The notes beneath the pieces are model-generated. The model saw only the letters and a list, made by a program, of their open reading frames with translations. It was not told the DNA's origin and searched no databases. A stretch of 64,000 nucleotides of DNA, taken from assembly GCA_002104905.1 (NCBI GenBank), contig MCFE01000163.1, forward strand, positions 83,986 to 147,985, in the 5' to 3' direction. This document shows positions 1-12,334 of this stretch, piece after piece. The position numbers were made by a program, and so were the translations under genes. Each line of letters starts with the position of its first letter. Position 1 is the first letter of the stretch. This stretch comes from Basidiobolus meristosporus CBS 931.73 (Eukaryota > Fungi > Basidiobolomycota).

Positions 1-1270
1 AAGAAATAGCTCAAATTATTATACCAGTGAGGGTACAAACTTAGCCTATGCCTATTCAGTCCATATTGATGAGCCCCAGACTATAAAAGAGGTCCTAAAT
101 AGCCCTCAGACAAAGTTTTTGAGATCTGTCATGACTTAGGAAGATCAGGCCCTGATGGAAAATCAAAATTGGAACTTGGTCAAACTACCAACCAACCAGA
201 AATCAATTTGATGCAGATGGGTCTTCAAGACAAAAAATAAGGCTAATGGTACAACTGAAAAACACAAAGCAAGACTTGTGGCCCAAGGATACTCTCAGAC
301 AAAAAGGACTTGACTATACTGAGGCCTTTGCACTGGTAGCCAAGTTTAATACCATCAGATTGCTAGTGGCTATTGCAGCCAAATACAAGCTTTTTGTACT
401 TCAAATGGTTGTAAAACTGCATTTTTAGATGGAGAGCTTGATGAGGATATGTATATGGAGCAGCCTGATGGGTTTGCTCACTAAGATAACCCCCATTTGG
501 TTTGCAAGCTTAACACATCTACATGTGGTCTCAAACAATCACCAAGAGCCTAGAATTGTAAGATAGATTCTTATTTGGAATCTTTAAGTTTCAAAGGAGT
601 AATCCTATATTGTAGTATATACTATAAGCCATATAGAGCAGATCTAGCTCTACTAGCTCTATATGTGATTGATCTTATTATAGCTGCCAGTAACTTAGTA
701 ATATTGCAAGAGACTAAATCCAGCTTATCCAAAGAATTCAAGATGTCTGATCTAGGAGAACTCAGTTATTACCTAGGAATAAAGTTCTTCATAAACAGAA
801 GTACCCAGACTATCATCCTAAGCCAATCCAAGTATATTCAAGTTATACTAAAGTAGTACCAAATGGCATAATGTAAACCAGCTGCTACCCCAGTGTATAC
901 AAACCTTAGCTTGCTGAAAGCTCAACCAAATCAAGAGGGCTTGGTGCTGTCTGAAAGCCTGCACTTTCCTTATCAATCTATGGTTGGCAGTCTGGTGTAT
1001 ATAGTGCTTGGAATATGTCAAGATATCCTGTATTCAGTGGGAGTTGTCAGCCAGTATAATGAGAACTATGGATCTGATCCTATTGCAGCAGTTAAGTGGA
1101 TTTTTAGATATCTGTAAGGAACTACTGATATCTGCTTAAGATACACTTATTAGAACTCAGAGCATTTACAAAATTAGGGAAAAGTCCAACTTTTCATGCT
1201 AGAACTATACACATAGATACCAGACTTCATTTTGTATGTGAAGCTACATAGAATAACCAAGTTAGCTTTA
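1..1270 (+). mobile_element. Degenerate Ty1/Copia reverse transcriptase and partial RNase H fragment (element continues left of the window)
   Basis: Near-identical to 8480-10080 of the complete Copia copy. Contains remnants of WELVKLP, RWVFK, ARLVAQGYSQ, LKQSPRA and the YVDD motif (here YVID), with many stops and frameshifts. Confidence 0.9.
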
Positions 1271-1485
1271 GCATTAGTAGACACCTACCAGTCATGCTCA
1301 GCTGCCAAGAACATGTATCTTGGACAAGATTTCCTTGCTAAGAAGATGCTGCCAGGGGGAGAAATGAAAAATGCAATCAACAGAACTACCCTGCTGATGG
1401 ATGAGATGGCATCTATGGACATACCAGCCACTGTTGAGGATGTGATAGTAACCATCCTGAAAAGACTGAGAGATGAGTTTCAGGA
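1271..1485 (+). mobile_element. Copia gag fragment fused directly after the RNase H fragment
   Basis: gacacctaccagtcatgctcagctgccaagaacatg... matches gag at about 6460-6670 and 57925-58140. Confidence 0.8.
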
Positions 1486-2400
1486 CCATCTATGTTACCA
1501 CTGTAGAGTCATCTCTCTTTATTCACTTACCCACTACTACCTTGGGTATTCCACATATAGTGTGAATCAAAAAAATAAGTTATGTTCACATCTGTCCTCA
1601 GTATTTTCCAACTTTTGCTGGATGTCCTCCATGTACCAATTCATCACATCCATGACAGACTTGAAGGTAATATTCTTGATGAGATTGGAAAATGGTAGTA
1701 CCTGCAACTTGACTTGTCTCACTATCTCCCCATACATCCACTCCATAGGAAACTCCCAAAAGGCAAAGCAAGGCCCAATATTTTCCCAACAACAAGCAGA
1801 TGCAGCAGAGAATGGATACAGCAGCAGAAGAGATCAGCACAATCAGCTTTATGTCTGTAGTACAGCCACTCATATTGTATCACAAATTTGTTGCATAAAA
1901 GCTGTAGATATGTCAAGTTGGCATCAGTTATCTGCCTCTGAACATATGTTCCTACAAATTCACCATATGACTCTCAATGCTTCCAGTGTATTCTTGGTAG
2001 AAATTGCTTCAGAAGGCCACTGGAATAAATATAAATCCAGTTCATCCAGTCCCTTAATTTGCATTATTGTATATGCTTATGACTATTAAGTGGAGTTTGT
2101 GAAAAGTACTTTGGGTAGCAGATACTCTGCAGTATCTGGCCAATTGTTTCAAATTTCTCCAGTATCTGTGGTAATGGAAATTACTTTATTACTACTCAAA
2201 AAACTTTCATGATGCCTACAGTGAAATTTTGGACCATTAACAGGCACACACCAAGGTTGCAGCACCTCTTCAAGAGCAGTGCTCAGAAATATTTTACTGG
2301 AATATTGTAAGGACTTATTGCAAAGACTGATGGGTGAAGTGTTGTGTTGTATTATGTATAGTTTGGGCATGTTCTACAATGTAGAGGCTAATCAAAACTA
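1486..2400 (-). mobile_element. CACTA/EnSpm (CMC) transposase C-terminal remnant
   Basis: The minus strand reads FVIQYEWLYYRHKADCADLFCCCIHSLLHL...GSF, typical of Tnp2-type transposases. It is paralogous to 4900-5790 plus 10591-10800 and lacks the Copia insertion (empty site). Confidence 0.75.
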
Positions 2401-2659
2401 TACAACAACTTGCAGTATGCTAATACTGAAATAGTTTACTGGGAGTTTGATATACCAATTGAAGATATAACTTTCACTAATATCCTCAATCCTAGGCTTA
2501 AAATATACTAAAGGCAGTGTTTCTTACTTCTACAGCAGTGTTCTGACCTACTGTTGACTAATGGGCTTATTTACTTTTACAGTAACTTTTCCTTATTTGG
2601 AAGTCACTTTCCTTTCTGACAAAATATATCTTGATATGGAAATTCTGAACTCCCCTTTA

Positions 2660-2905
2660 ACCTAGAGGGGTGTGGTGCAGAAGTCTCCAAAGGGGTATTT
2701 AGACCTAAAGGGGTGACTAAAGGGGCTTCTTTAAAGTAAAGGGGTGTCTTAAAGGGGTCTCTAAATGGTTCTTTCAGACTAAAGGGGTGCCTAAAGGGGC
2801 TTCTTTAAAGTAAAGGGGTTTCTTAAAGGGGTCTCTAAGTGGTTCTTTCAGACTAACAGGGTGTCTAAAGGGGTGTCTTTAGAGTAAAGGGGCTTCTTAG
2901 AGGGG
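2660..2905. repeat. G-rich tandem repeat, core TAAAGGGG, higher-order unit about 74 bp
   Basis: More than a dozen (T/A)AAGGGG-like units at 12-20 bp spacing; 2705-2778 is nearly duplicated at 2779-2852. Confidence 0.85.
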
Positions 2906-3589
2906 ACTTTTCCACCAGAAAAGTTGTGGTTTTCTTGTAGAACTTTGATTGGATTCTTGCAAGCTTTGCAGTCTCTTTACTGATGTACTACCAATCAAAG
3001 TCAGAATACTCAACAGTGCAAGTGATCCAGGGGAAGTTATATAACTTTTAAGCTTGTAACCATAGTGTGGAACTTCTGGAAAGAGAGGCTCTCTTCTATT
3101 ATTCAGCTGGGGAAGTCATATATAAGAAAATTCTGCAGAATCAAAGTGCTTGGGCAATTGCACAAACAATACATGTGATACAAAGCTAAAATCTTGCAAT
3201 GGCACAGATCAGACATAGGCACAGTACCTGTGAGCATATCATGTGATTTGACTGGCTGGCTCAAAAGTACATGCAATTGAAGTCACCATAGCAATCCTAG
3301 TAATAGAGGCCTAGTATATATGATAATTGCACTCTTTTGGTCATACTCAATAAGTACTGCTTCAAATGAGCTGTAATTTGAAACACGTGTTGGCTACTGC
3401 ATGTTCTGTATGACATAATATTCTTGGGTGGATTGCTTGTCAGGGTCTGGAGCATTTGTTCTTCAAGATTGTATACTCTTGATCTTTCACTTGTGTGTTA
3501 CAATAGCAAAAAGCAAAATAAAGAAATGAGTGGAATATTGGGTTTGAGATATTGTAGTAATAGAATGCTTTCCATTACCGCAGAAGGGC

Positions 3590-4110
3590 TAGACTTAGCA
3601 GTGCCAGCTGAAGACTAGGATATATGGGAACCAGTGAATGAACAATGGCATAATGCCAAAGGGTTCCTGCCAAGTCATGGAAAAAGGGTGTTACAGCAGA
3701 ATTACCTACTGAATGGCATATTTAATGGAGTCACTTGTAGAGTGCAAGGTTGGGCTTAATGCTAGTGTTGGGTATAGGGACTTACATAGGTTAGTACAGC
3801 TGGCAAAAAAGAAAATAAAGTTGAGCTATAACTGAGGTTTCAATGGAAATAAGCCAACTTGTATGCATGAAAAGTAAGTGCATTGGTTGAGTCAGAAAGT
3901 AAGGAGTGTGAAAGCAAGGTAATAACCAATCAGAGTACACAATCATAGGAGGTGATCTGGTGTCTGGGATCAAAAAGTGAGAAATCAACAGAGAACCAAT
4001 CAAAAGCCATGTGTCTAGTGCTTTGACAAAATATTCTGACCAAGTGTTTTGTGAAATCTGGGATGCAATTTTTTTAATGGACTTTGCACAGTGTCCTAAT
4101 GGGACCAATA
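3590..4110. repeat. Dispersed repeat, second copy at about 15490-15990 (unclassified transposon internal sequence)
   Basis: Direct similarity, e.g. gctgaagactaggatatatgggaaccagtgaatgaacaatggcat versus gctgaagaccaggatgtgtgggaactagtgaatgaacagtggcat. 2250-2340 also matches 15415-15500. Confidence 0.75.
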
Positions 4111-4189
4111 CCTCTTAGGCACAGAATATCTATTTGTGGCAGCCTTTTGATATGGTTGTTACAATTTTTTTTCATGGGAGTACCTCCTC

Positions 4190-4440
4190 TGTTGGTAAGC
4201 ATTGCTTATTAAGGCATGTTATTCTTCCTTCTGATTGGTACTTGATTCTCTTACTTCTTCATCCAGGAGCCTTCAACATACAAAACTTTAGGTTAAATCT
4301 TCATTTCCAAGCTCTAGGGCTGATACAAGGCCCTGAAACTTGTCTGTTAGGCTATTCAGGATGGTAATTATGACATCTTCATTAATAGTTGGTATGCACA
4401 CAGATTCCATCTAATCAACCACCAGGGCAATTCCCTATGA
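4190..4440 (-). mobile_element. Inverted Copia gag fragment
   Basis: Reverse complement of gag 6570-6830 (catccaggagc...gggctgatacaaggccctgaaacttgtctg). Confidence 0.8.
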
Positions 4441-5795
4441 AAAATAACTTGGTCCTGTAGGTGGATCGAATCCAAATCAGTCATCAGGATCCTGCTTGGA
4501 GACCATCATACTATCAGCAGCTAGGAGTTAGTGGCCCTCTTCATGATTTTTTGACAGGATCACAACAGTGTCTGGCTAATTTTACTGCCAAATAAAGTTA
4601 AAAACCTGACAGGGTTTCATTGGTGCTTAAGCAAGAATTGCATTGCATTGTTGTGGTCTTAATGCGCTCTGTAACTATTTTAAATGAATCTAATTGGCCT
4701 GTACATCTAGGTGCTATATATGGCAAAAAAATTGACGGTGTTTTGATAGCCTCATTGCAAGTCATCATTGGCATTATCAGGGCAGTATTGTGCCCTACAG
4801 CTAGTTCTGTACAATGCTACCATACCAACTTACCAAGTGGTATTTCCTTTTTCTACCTCCCCTTGTGCAACTCATATATTGCACTTTAGAATCACCCCTC
4901 TTTATTTGCTTACCCACTACTGCCTTGGGTATTCCACATATAGCTCAAATCAAAAAATAGTATTGCCTCTTGCTTACTAACCTCTACAAATGTGCACACC
5001 TGCCACAATTGAAATACCTCTATCACCTCAACTTTACGGCTTTTCAGTGTGATACCTGCAAAGTTGCCATATACCTTGTACTGCTGGTAACATGTACATC
5101 TTGCAAAGAAATGCTTGGTTGCCACTTCTTCTGCCATGAATACCTCCTGAATATCCCCAAAGAGCTTTTTGGTATTTAGCCAATATATTCCTTCACCCTG
5201 CTGGATTCTAGTCCCCCTTATAGGTGCACTCTGGCTCTTGTTTGCATGAATTCTGTATTGAATAGTGTAGAAGTTGGCTTGTTACCAAGTGAAGCCCAGC
5301 ATACTTTGGTAGAGCTTTCCTGATAAAAATTAGTTGCTTGTTTCACACAACCCAACTTTGCATTACTTAACTAACTACCCACACATTGGGGCTGCTAGCT
5401 TCTCAATTGCATAGGCATAGGTGTCTCCATGTGTACATCTGTCCTCAGTATTTCCCAACTGTTCCTGGCTGTCCTCCATGTACCAATTTATCATATCTAT
5501 CACAAACTTGAAAGTAATATTCTTGATGAGATTGGGATATGGTAGTACCTGCAACTGGACTTGTCTTCCAATTGCTCCACACATTTGCTCCATAGGAAAC
5601 TCCCAAAGGTGAAGCAAGGCCTAATATTCTCCACACACCAAGCAAGGTGGAGTAAAGAATAGATACAGTGGCAACAGAAATCTACATGTTCAGCTGTATG
5701 CTTGTTGTATAACCACTCAAATCCTGTTAGTAACTTTGTGCACAACAGCTGCAGATGTGTCAAGTTGGCATTAGTAACCTGCTGCTGGATGAATA

Positions 5796-6145
5796 TGTTG
5801 TAAAGTTTGTATTTCCACCTAAATATTCACCTAACTTAGTCACTTAGATCATCACCTTCAAATCCTAGAGAATACTGATCAAATTCCTTGTTGGGATTTA
5901 CTGAGAATATTTTCACCAAAATACCAGGTGTCCAGAACATGAAAATTCTCAAAGTTGCCCAAACAGCCCCAAATGTTGCACACATGCTCTTGGGATGTTT
6001 CTTAGCCTATTCTACATGTTTGTAATGCCAAGGCCATGCAAAAGTATGAAATACTACTTTTACATTCAATAAATCATTAAGTCAAAACCACATATTCTAC
6101 TTGTTCTCTAAAATCATTTCCAATATCTCCAAGACTCTTACAACA
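5796..6145 (+). repeat. Copia 5' LTR
   Basis: TGTTG...CAACA; about 22 differences from the 3' LTR counted by eye (about 94% identity). Confidence 0.95.
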
Positions 6146-6157
6146 GGTTATGAGCCC
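6146..6157 (+). other. Primer-binding site complementary to the tRNAi-Met anticodon arm (half-tRNA type)
   Basis: GGTTATGAGCCC directly abuts the LTR. It is the reverse complement of GGGCTCATAACC of fungal initiator tRNA-Met. The same PBS occurs at 57616-57627. Confidence 0.85.
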
Positions 6158-9100
6158 CACACTGTTACTCTCTGCAATGTCTACTACTGCTATTACTGGA
6201 ATTTTTCCTCTGCTGAAAAGTTGGATGGATCTAACTACCAAGTGTGGAAGGTGAAGATGAAGATGCTGCTACAAGAAAGAGGCCTCTGGGACATTGTCAT
6301 GCAAGAAGAATGCGCTCCTAAAAACGTGGGAGAGGAAGCCTTAAAGTACCAGAAGAAAGAACAAAGTGCCTTTAACTGCATTTGCCTTAATGTTAAGGAC
6401 AAATTGCTAATTCAGTGCTCAAGAGCAAGAACAGCAAAGAATGCCTGGAAGGCACTAGAAGACACCTACCAGTCATGTTCAGCTGCTAAGAATATGTATC
6501 TGAGATGTAAATTCCTTACTACAAAGATGCTGCCATGAGAAGAAATGAAAAATCTAATTAACAGAATTACCCTGCTGGTAGATGAAATTGAATCTGTGGG
6601 TGTACCAACTACTGATGTGGATGTGATAGTTACCATCCTGAATAGCTTGACAGACAAGTTTCAGGGCCTTGTATCAGCCCCAGAGTCCAGAATTGGAGAT
6701 TTGACCTTGCATTATGTATATGGAAAGCTCCTGGATGAAGAAATAAGGAAATCAAGTACCAATAAGAAGGACAAAGAAAAAGTTTTAATAAGCAATGATA
6801 ACCAACAATGGAGGTACCCAAGACCCTACAAAGGCAACAGCAATCTGTTTTGCAACTACTGCAAAAGGAAAGGACACACATCAGACTGGTGCTTCAAAAA
6901 GAAAGATAGTCTGCAGAAAAGCCTGAATGTGAATATGCTGCAACAACTGAAGATAGACTATTCATATCTGCACTAAAAATGACCACAAACAAGGATTCTC
7001 AGACGTGGTATATTGACTCTGGAGCATCTCAACACTTCACACACCAAAAAGAACTTTTACCCAATATCAAGAAATTCCAATTAAGAATGTTTTCATGGGT
7101 GACAATAGAGCACTTGATGCAGTGGGAGAAGGAACTATCCAAGTAAACCCAAGAAGCAGTGAAGGAAGCCATACACTGACCTTTAAAGAAGTACTCTATG
7201 TACCAGAAAAAGCCAAGAGCTTACTATCTGAAAGCAAGGCCACTGCAGAGGGACTTAGTTTTAGCTTTGACAATTCTGGATGCAAGATTGCTGATCAAAA
7301 TGGTGCCAATATTGCTTTGGGTACCAGAGATCAGAATCTATACAAGTTGACTTATATTCCATCATATTTGGAAGCCAATATAGGTAACTTAATTGAAGAG
7401 ACACCAATGCTTTGGCACAGGAGATTTGGGCACATCAATTTTGATTATATGTGCAAAATGATCAAAGATCAGGTATTTTTGGAATAAAAGCTGATCCCCC
7501 AGCTGATTTGGATCACTGTGAGGCCTGCATATATGGGAAACAAGCCAGACAACCATTCAAGAGCTCTGAGTTGATCAAAACTAAGAAAAAATTAGATCTA
7601 ATTCACGCAGATCTGTGCGGTCTTATGCAAAATTTATCCTTAGATGGGATGAAATATTTTATCACCTTTATTGATGATTATACAAGATACATATGGGTCT
7701 CCTTCATGGAGAGAAAGGAAGAAGCTCTGTCTAAGCTCAGCAAGCTCAAAGCCATAGTTGAGAGAGAAACTGGTGAAAAAATCAAGAAAATATGCTCTGA
7801 CAATGGTGGAGAATATACCTCAAAACTCTTCATCCACTTCTGCAAAATTCATGGGATAAAGCAAGAGACTACTGTACCATACTCCCCACAGCAAAATGGA
7901 GTAGCAGAATGTGCTAACAGAGCAATAATTGATATGGCAAGATCCATGATCCATGATCAAAAATTATCCTATGATTTTTGTGCAGAATTACTTGCCACTG
8001 CTGTATATCTTAAAAGTAAGAGTTAATACACAATACCTTGTGGTTCTACTCCATTTGAAACATAGTATGGATACAGACCAAGTGCAGAACATCTAAGAAT
8101 ATTTGGGTGTACAGCATATGCCAAGAAACTGCCCGGAAATCAGTCAAAACTTGAGCCAAAAAGTGTAAAATGCATATTTTTGGGCTACTGCAATGAGAGT
8201 AAAGAATACAGACTGTACAATACCAAAGCAAAGAAGCTAATCAAGTCCAGGGATGTTTTGTTTAATGAAAATTCAAAATGTTCACAAAAATGACATCAGA
8301 TGATGACAAAAACTGATATCAAGTTTGCAAATTGTCAGGATTGAATCAGAGCAAAACAATGATAATTTTTTCACTCCAGCGGACACTACAGCCATGGTTC
8401 AGCCAGAATCAGTGTGCCAGAATATCCCAGAAGTGATCATTCCAGTATCAAATGCCCAGAGATCCAATTGGACAAGAAACAGCTCAAATTACTATATCAA
8501 TAAGGATACAAACTTAGCGTATGCCTATTCAGTCCATATTTATGAACCCCAGACTGTAAAAGAGGTTTGCAATAGCCCTCAGATCAAGTTTTGGAGATCT
8601 GCTATGACTGAGGAATATCAAGCCCTGATGGAAAATCAAACTTGGGACTTAGTCAAATTACCAATCAGCCAAAAATCAATTGGATGCAGAGGGGTCTTCA
8701 AGATAAAATGCAAGGCTGATGGTAAAATTGAAAGATACAAAGCAAGACTTGTGGCCAAAGGATACTCTCAAACAAAGGACTTGACTATACTGAGACCTTT
8801 GCACCGATAGCCAAGTTTAATTCCATCAGATCAATATTGGCTATTGCAGCCAAATATAAGTTTTTTGTTTATCAAATGGATGTAAAACTGCATTTTTAGA
8901 TGGAGAGCTTGATGAGGATATGTACATGGAGCAGCCTGATAGGTTTGCTCACTAAGATAACCCCCATTTGGTCTGCAAGCTTAAGAAACCACTAAATGGC
9001 CTCAAACAATCACCAAGAGCCTGGAATTGCAAAATAGATTCTTATTTGGAATCTTTGAGTTTCAAAAGAAGTAATGCTGACTATAGTATAAACTATAAGC

Positions 9101-10240
9101 CAGATAGAGCAAATCCAGTTCTATTAGCTCTATATGTGGATGATCGTATTATAGCCGCCAATAACCTAGAAACATTGGAAGAGACTAAATCCAGCATATC
9201 TAAGGAGTTCAAGATGACCAATCTAGGAGAACTCAGTTACTACTTAGGGATTAAGTTCTCCATCAACAGAAGTACCCAGACTATCACCCTAAGCCAGTCC
9301 AAGTATATTCAAGATATACTAAAGAAGTACCAAATGGAAGACTGTCAACCGGCAGCTACCCCAATGGAAACAAACCTTAACTTGGTTAAAACTCAACCAA
9401 ATCAAGAGAGCTTGGTGCCATCTGAAAGCCCTGACTTTCCTTATCAATCTATGGCTGCAATTCTGATGTATATCATGCTTGGATCACATCTGGATGTCTC
9501 ATATTCAGTGGGGGTTGTCAGCCAACATTATCAGAACTATGGATCTGATCATATTGCAGCAGTTAAGTAGATTTTTAGATATCTAAAAGGAACTGCTGAT
9601 ATCTGCTTAAGATAAACATAAAAGGACTCAGAACAGGATCTTGTGGGATACTCTGATGCAGATTGGGGACAAAATTTGGAACACAGAAGATCCACCACAG
9701 GATACACCTTACTTTACTGTAAAGGAGCAATTTCATGGAATTCAAGAAAGCAATCAACTGTAGCTCTTTCTACCACAGAGGCAGAGTATATGGCAGCCTG
9801 TGAAGCTACAAAGGAAGCAATGTAGCTAAGAAAACTTCTTACAGATTTAGGCCTTTGTCAAAAAACGCCTATTACTTTATTTCAAGATAATCAAGGATGT
9901 AGACAATTAGGTAGAAATCCAACTTTTCATCCTAGAACCAAGCACATAGATATTAGACATCATTTCATACATGAAGCTTTAGAGAATAACCTGACTAGCT
10001 TAGTTTACTGTCCTACAGATCAAATGATTGCTGACATATTTACCAAACCATCAGCTAGAGACAAGTTTGAATATCTTATTTTGTATGTGAAGCTACATAC
10101 AATAACCAAGTTAGCTTAGTCTGCTGTCCTTCAGATGAAATGATTGCAGACATATTTACCAAACCATTAGCTAGAGACACAACTGAATATCTTAGGTCAA
10201 AATTAGGACCAGTCAGTATGAGCATTTAGCTGAGTGGGAG

Positions 10241-10590
10241 TGTTGTAAGGATTTGTAATTCCACCTAAATATTCACCTAACTTAGTCACTTAGATCATTA
10301 CCTTCAAATCCTAGAGAATACTGACCAAATTCCATGTTGGGATTTACTGAAAATATCTTCACCAAAATACCAGGTATCCAGAACATGAAAATTCTCAAAG
10401 TTGCCCAAACAGCCCCAAATGTTGCACACATGCTCTTGGGATCTTTCTTAGCCAATTCTACATGTTTGTAATGCCAAGACCATGTAAAAGTATAAATACT
10501 ACTTTTACATGCAATAACTCATTAAGTCAAAACCACATAATCTACTTGTTCTCCCAAATCACTTCCAATTTCTCCAAGACTCTTACAGCA
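10241..10590 (+). repeat. Copia 3' LTR
   Basis: Follows the PPT at 10231-10240; TGTTG...CAGCA; followed by TSD GAATA. Confidence 0.95.
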
Positions 10591-11938
10591 GAATATTCCT
10601 ACAATGCTCACATATGTCTCCCAGTGCTTCCAATGTACTCTTGGTAGGAATGGCTTTAGAATGTCACTTAAATAAATACATATTCAGTTTATCCAGTCTT
10701 TGCATTTGTATTGTTGCATGTGTATGAATATTGATCAAAGCCCATGAGAAGTACTTAGGGTAGCAGATACTCTGTAATATCTTGCCAATTCTTTCAAATT
10801 TTCCAATATCTCAAAGGGCTCATTTAGCTTGAAATGCCCTATGTACATCTTAGTCATCAGTATAGGGATATTGTTGAAAAGCAAATGCAATGCTCCCGGT
10901 GGAAAGATTTTGCTTCAACAGATACCCTCTATCTTAAGTATTTCAGGTTTCCAATTGATTCTATATTCTGGCCAATGGCTTATAGCTTGCCAACTTTGCT
11001 GCAATTGCATGCGGACCTCTGTATGTTCACTCTATGGGAAGACAATGTACTTAGTGTTGGTGCTTGGGTAACAATAATGTGTGTGAGTTATGAAGTAAAT
11101 CCCCTGGATCTCACACACTCAATAGCAATACCATCCATTGCGCCCAGAAAAGCCTGCTATCTTGCTGATGGCTCAGGTATCTCCAATGCAGATAATAATA
11201 TATGCTTTGACATGATAGCCATTTGCTGTTATCCTTCTGGAAAGCATACAAAAATCATCCAGCAATAGATACAGGTAGCTATCCAGGTTGGACAGTGATT
11301 TAGGCCAAGATACCAGTGAGACTACCATCAGATTTTGGCTCTGATCCAGTAAGATGAGTGACAGATTCAGGTTGATGAGAATCAGTGGGCAGCAGGATTT
11401 GCTGGTAGAGTACTTGTTTGTTGAGAATCCATCAAGTACAAAAGTAAAGGCATGATCATACATACCTTCAAAGTAGCCCTTACCTCTTAGCTGTTTGTAA
11501 TGTTGTCATCAAATATATTGTATATGCTTGTGCTTAATTGATAATGAGTGTGGTACTTTATAGCTTTGCAATATTTGTTGGACTGTATGAGCTACTTTAA
11601 ATGGGGTATTACCAGAATATATCTGGCATGTTAATAATGTTTCCCTCAATGGTGGTTGATTTTGGACCATTTGGACACATTGTAGTGGGGTCACAGTGAC
11701 ACCCACTGACAGATGTGCTCATTCCTATATTTTCTACTTCCCTATTTCTCTACTACCCTTGTTTTAGTTTTATCTCATTTGTCTTACTTGGTCAGTACTA
11801 ACCCATAAGCTGGCTCACTATCACAGCTGCTTACCTTATTGCATAGGTTATCCCTCACTTTATGTAAGATTACTAGCTATAAGTGCTCTAATATTAGGCA
11901 AGCACCCGCACCAGTACCTGTGACACATGACTAAACTG

Positions 11939-12334
11939 TGTCACCATCCCTACCATTTTCACCCCATATATGGTATCCCTATGCTACACAGGCTTCATAA
12001 TACTGATCCCTGATTGGTTGGATGTGCTGTGCCTCTTCAAACCTTCTGGCACATACTTAGAACATTCTTAGGTCATTCTGATGTCATTAAGATTTCTATT
12101 GACATCAAGAACCTTCTGGAACACCATGATTAGTAATCACTTAGCCAGTAAGAAAAGTATTTAAGGGAGGCTATCCCTCAACAATAAATCATCATCCCTT
12201 TTATCAATATACTGACTTGTTGATTAGTGTGATCACTGCTACCTACTGCTACCTGAGCTTCCAACCCAGACCACAGGACACTCCCAGGAAACCATGCTGA
12301 CAGCCAACTTACCTTGGAGGCACTAACTGTGACA
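11939..12334. repeat. Probable solo LTR of a Ty3/Gypsy-like element
   Basis: 396 bp bounded by inverted TGTCAC...GTGACA, with internal TATTTAAG and AATAAA. No clean TSD. Confidence 0.4.

Larger units (their letters stand above)
5796..10590 (+). mobile_element. Complete but decayed Ty1/Copia LTR retrotransposon (gag-PR-IN-RT-RH)
   Basis: Two 350-bp LTRs, 5-bp TSD GAATA (5791-5795 and 10591-10595), PBS GGTTATGAGCCC, PPT TGAGTGGGAG. Gag zinc knuckle CNYCKRKGH, protease WYIDSGAS, GAG-pre-integrase LWHRRFGH, integrase SDNGGEY...PQQNGVAE, RT YVDD, RNase H GYSDADWG. Many stops and frameshifts. Confidence 0.97.

Noticed and set aside
1232-2089. 285-aa ORF as a novel gene
   Set aside because: Chance read-through across a Copia RNase H fragment, a gag fragment and the antisense strand of a CACTA remnant.
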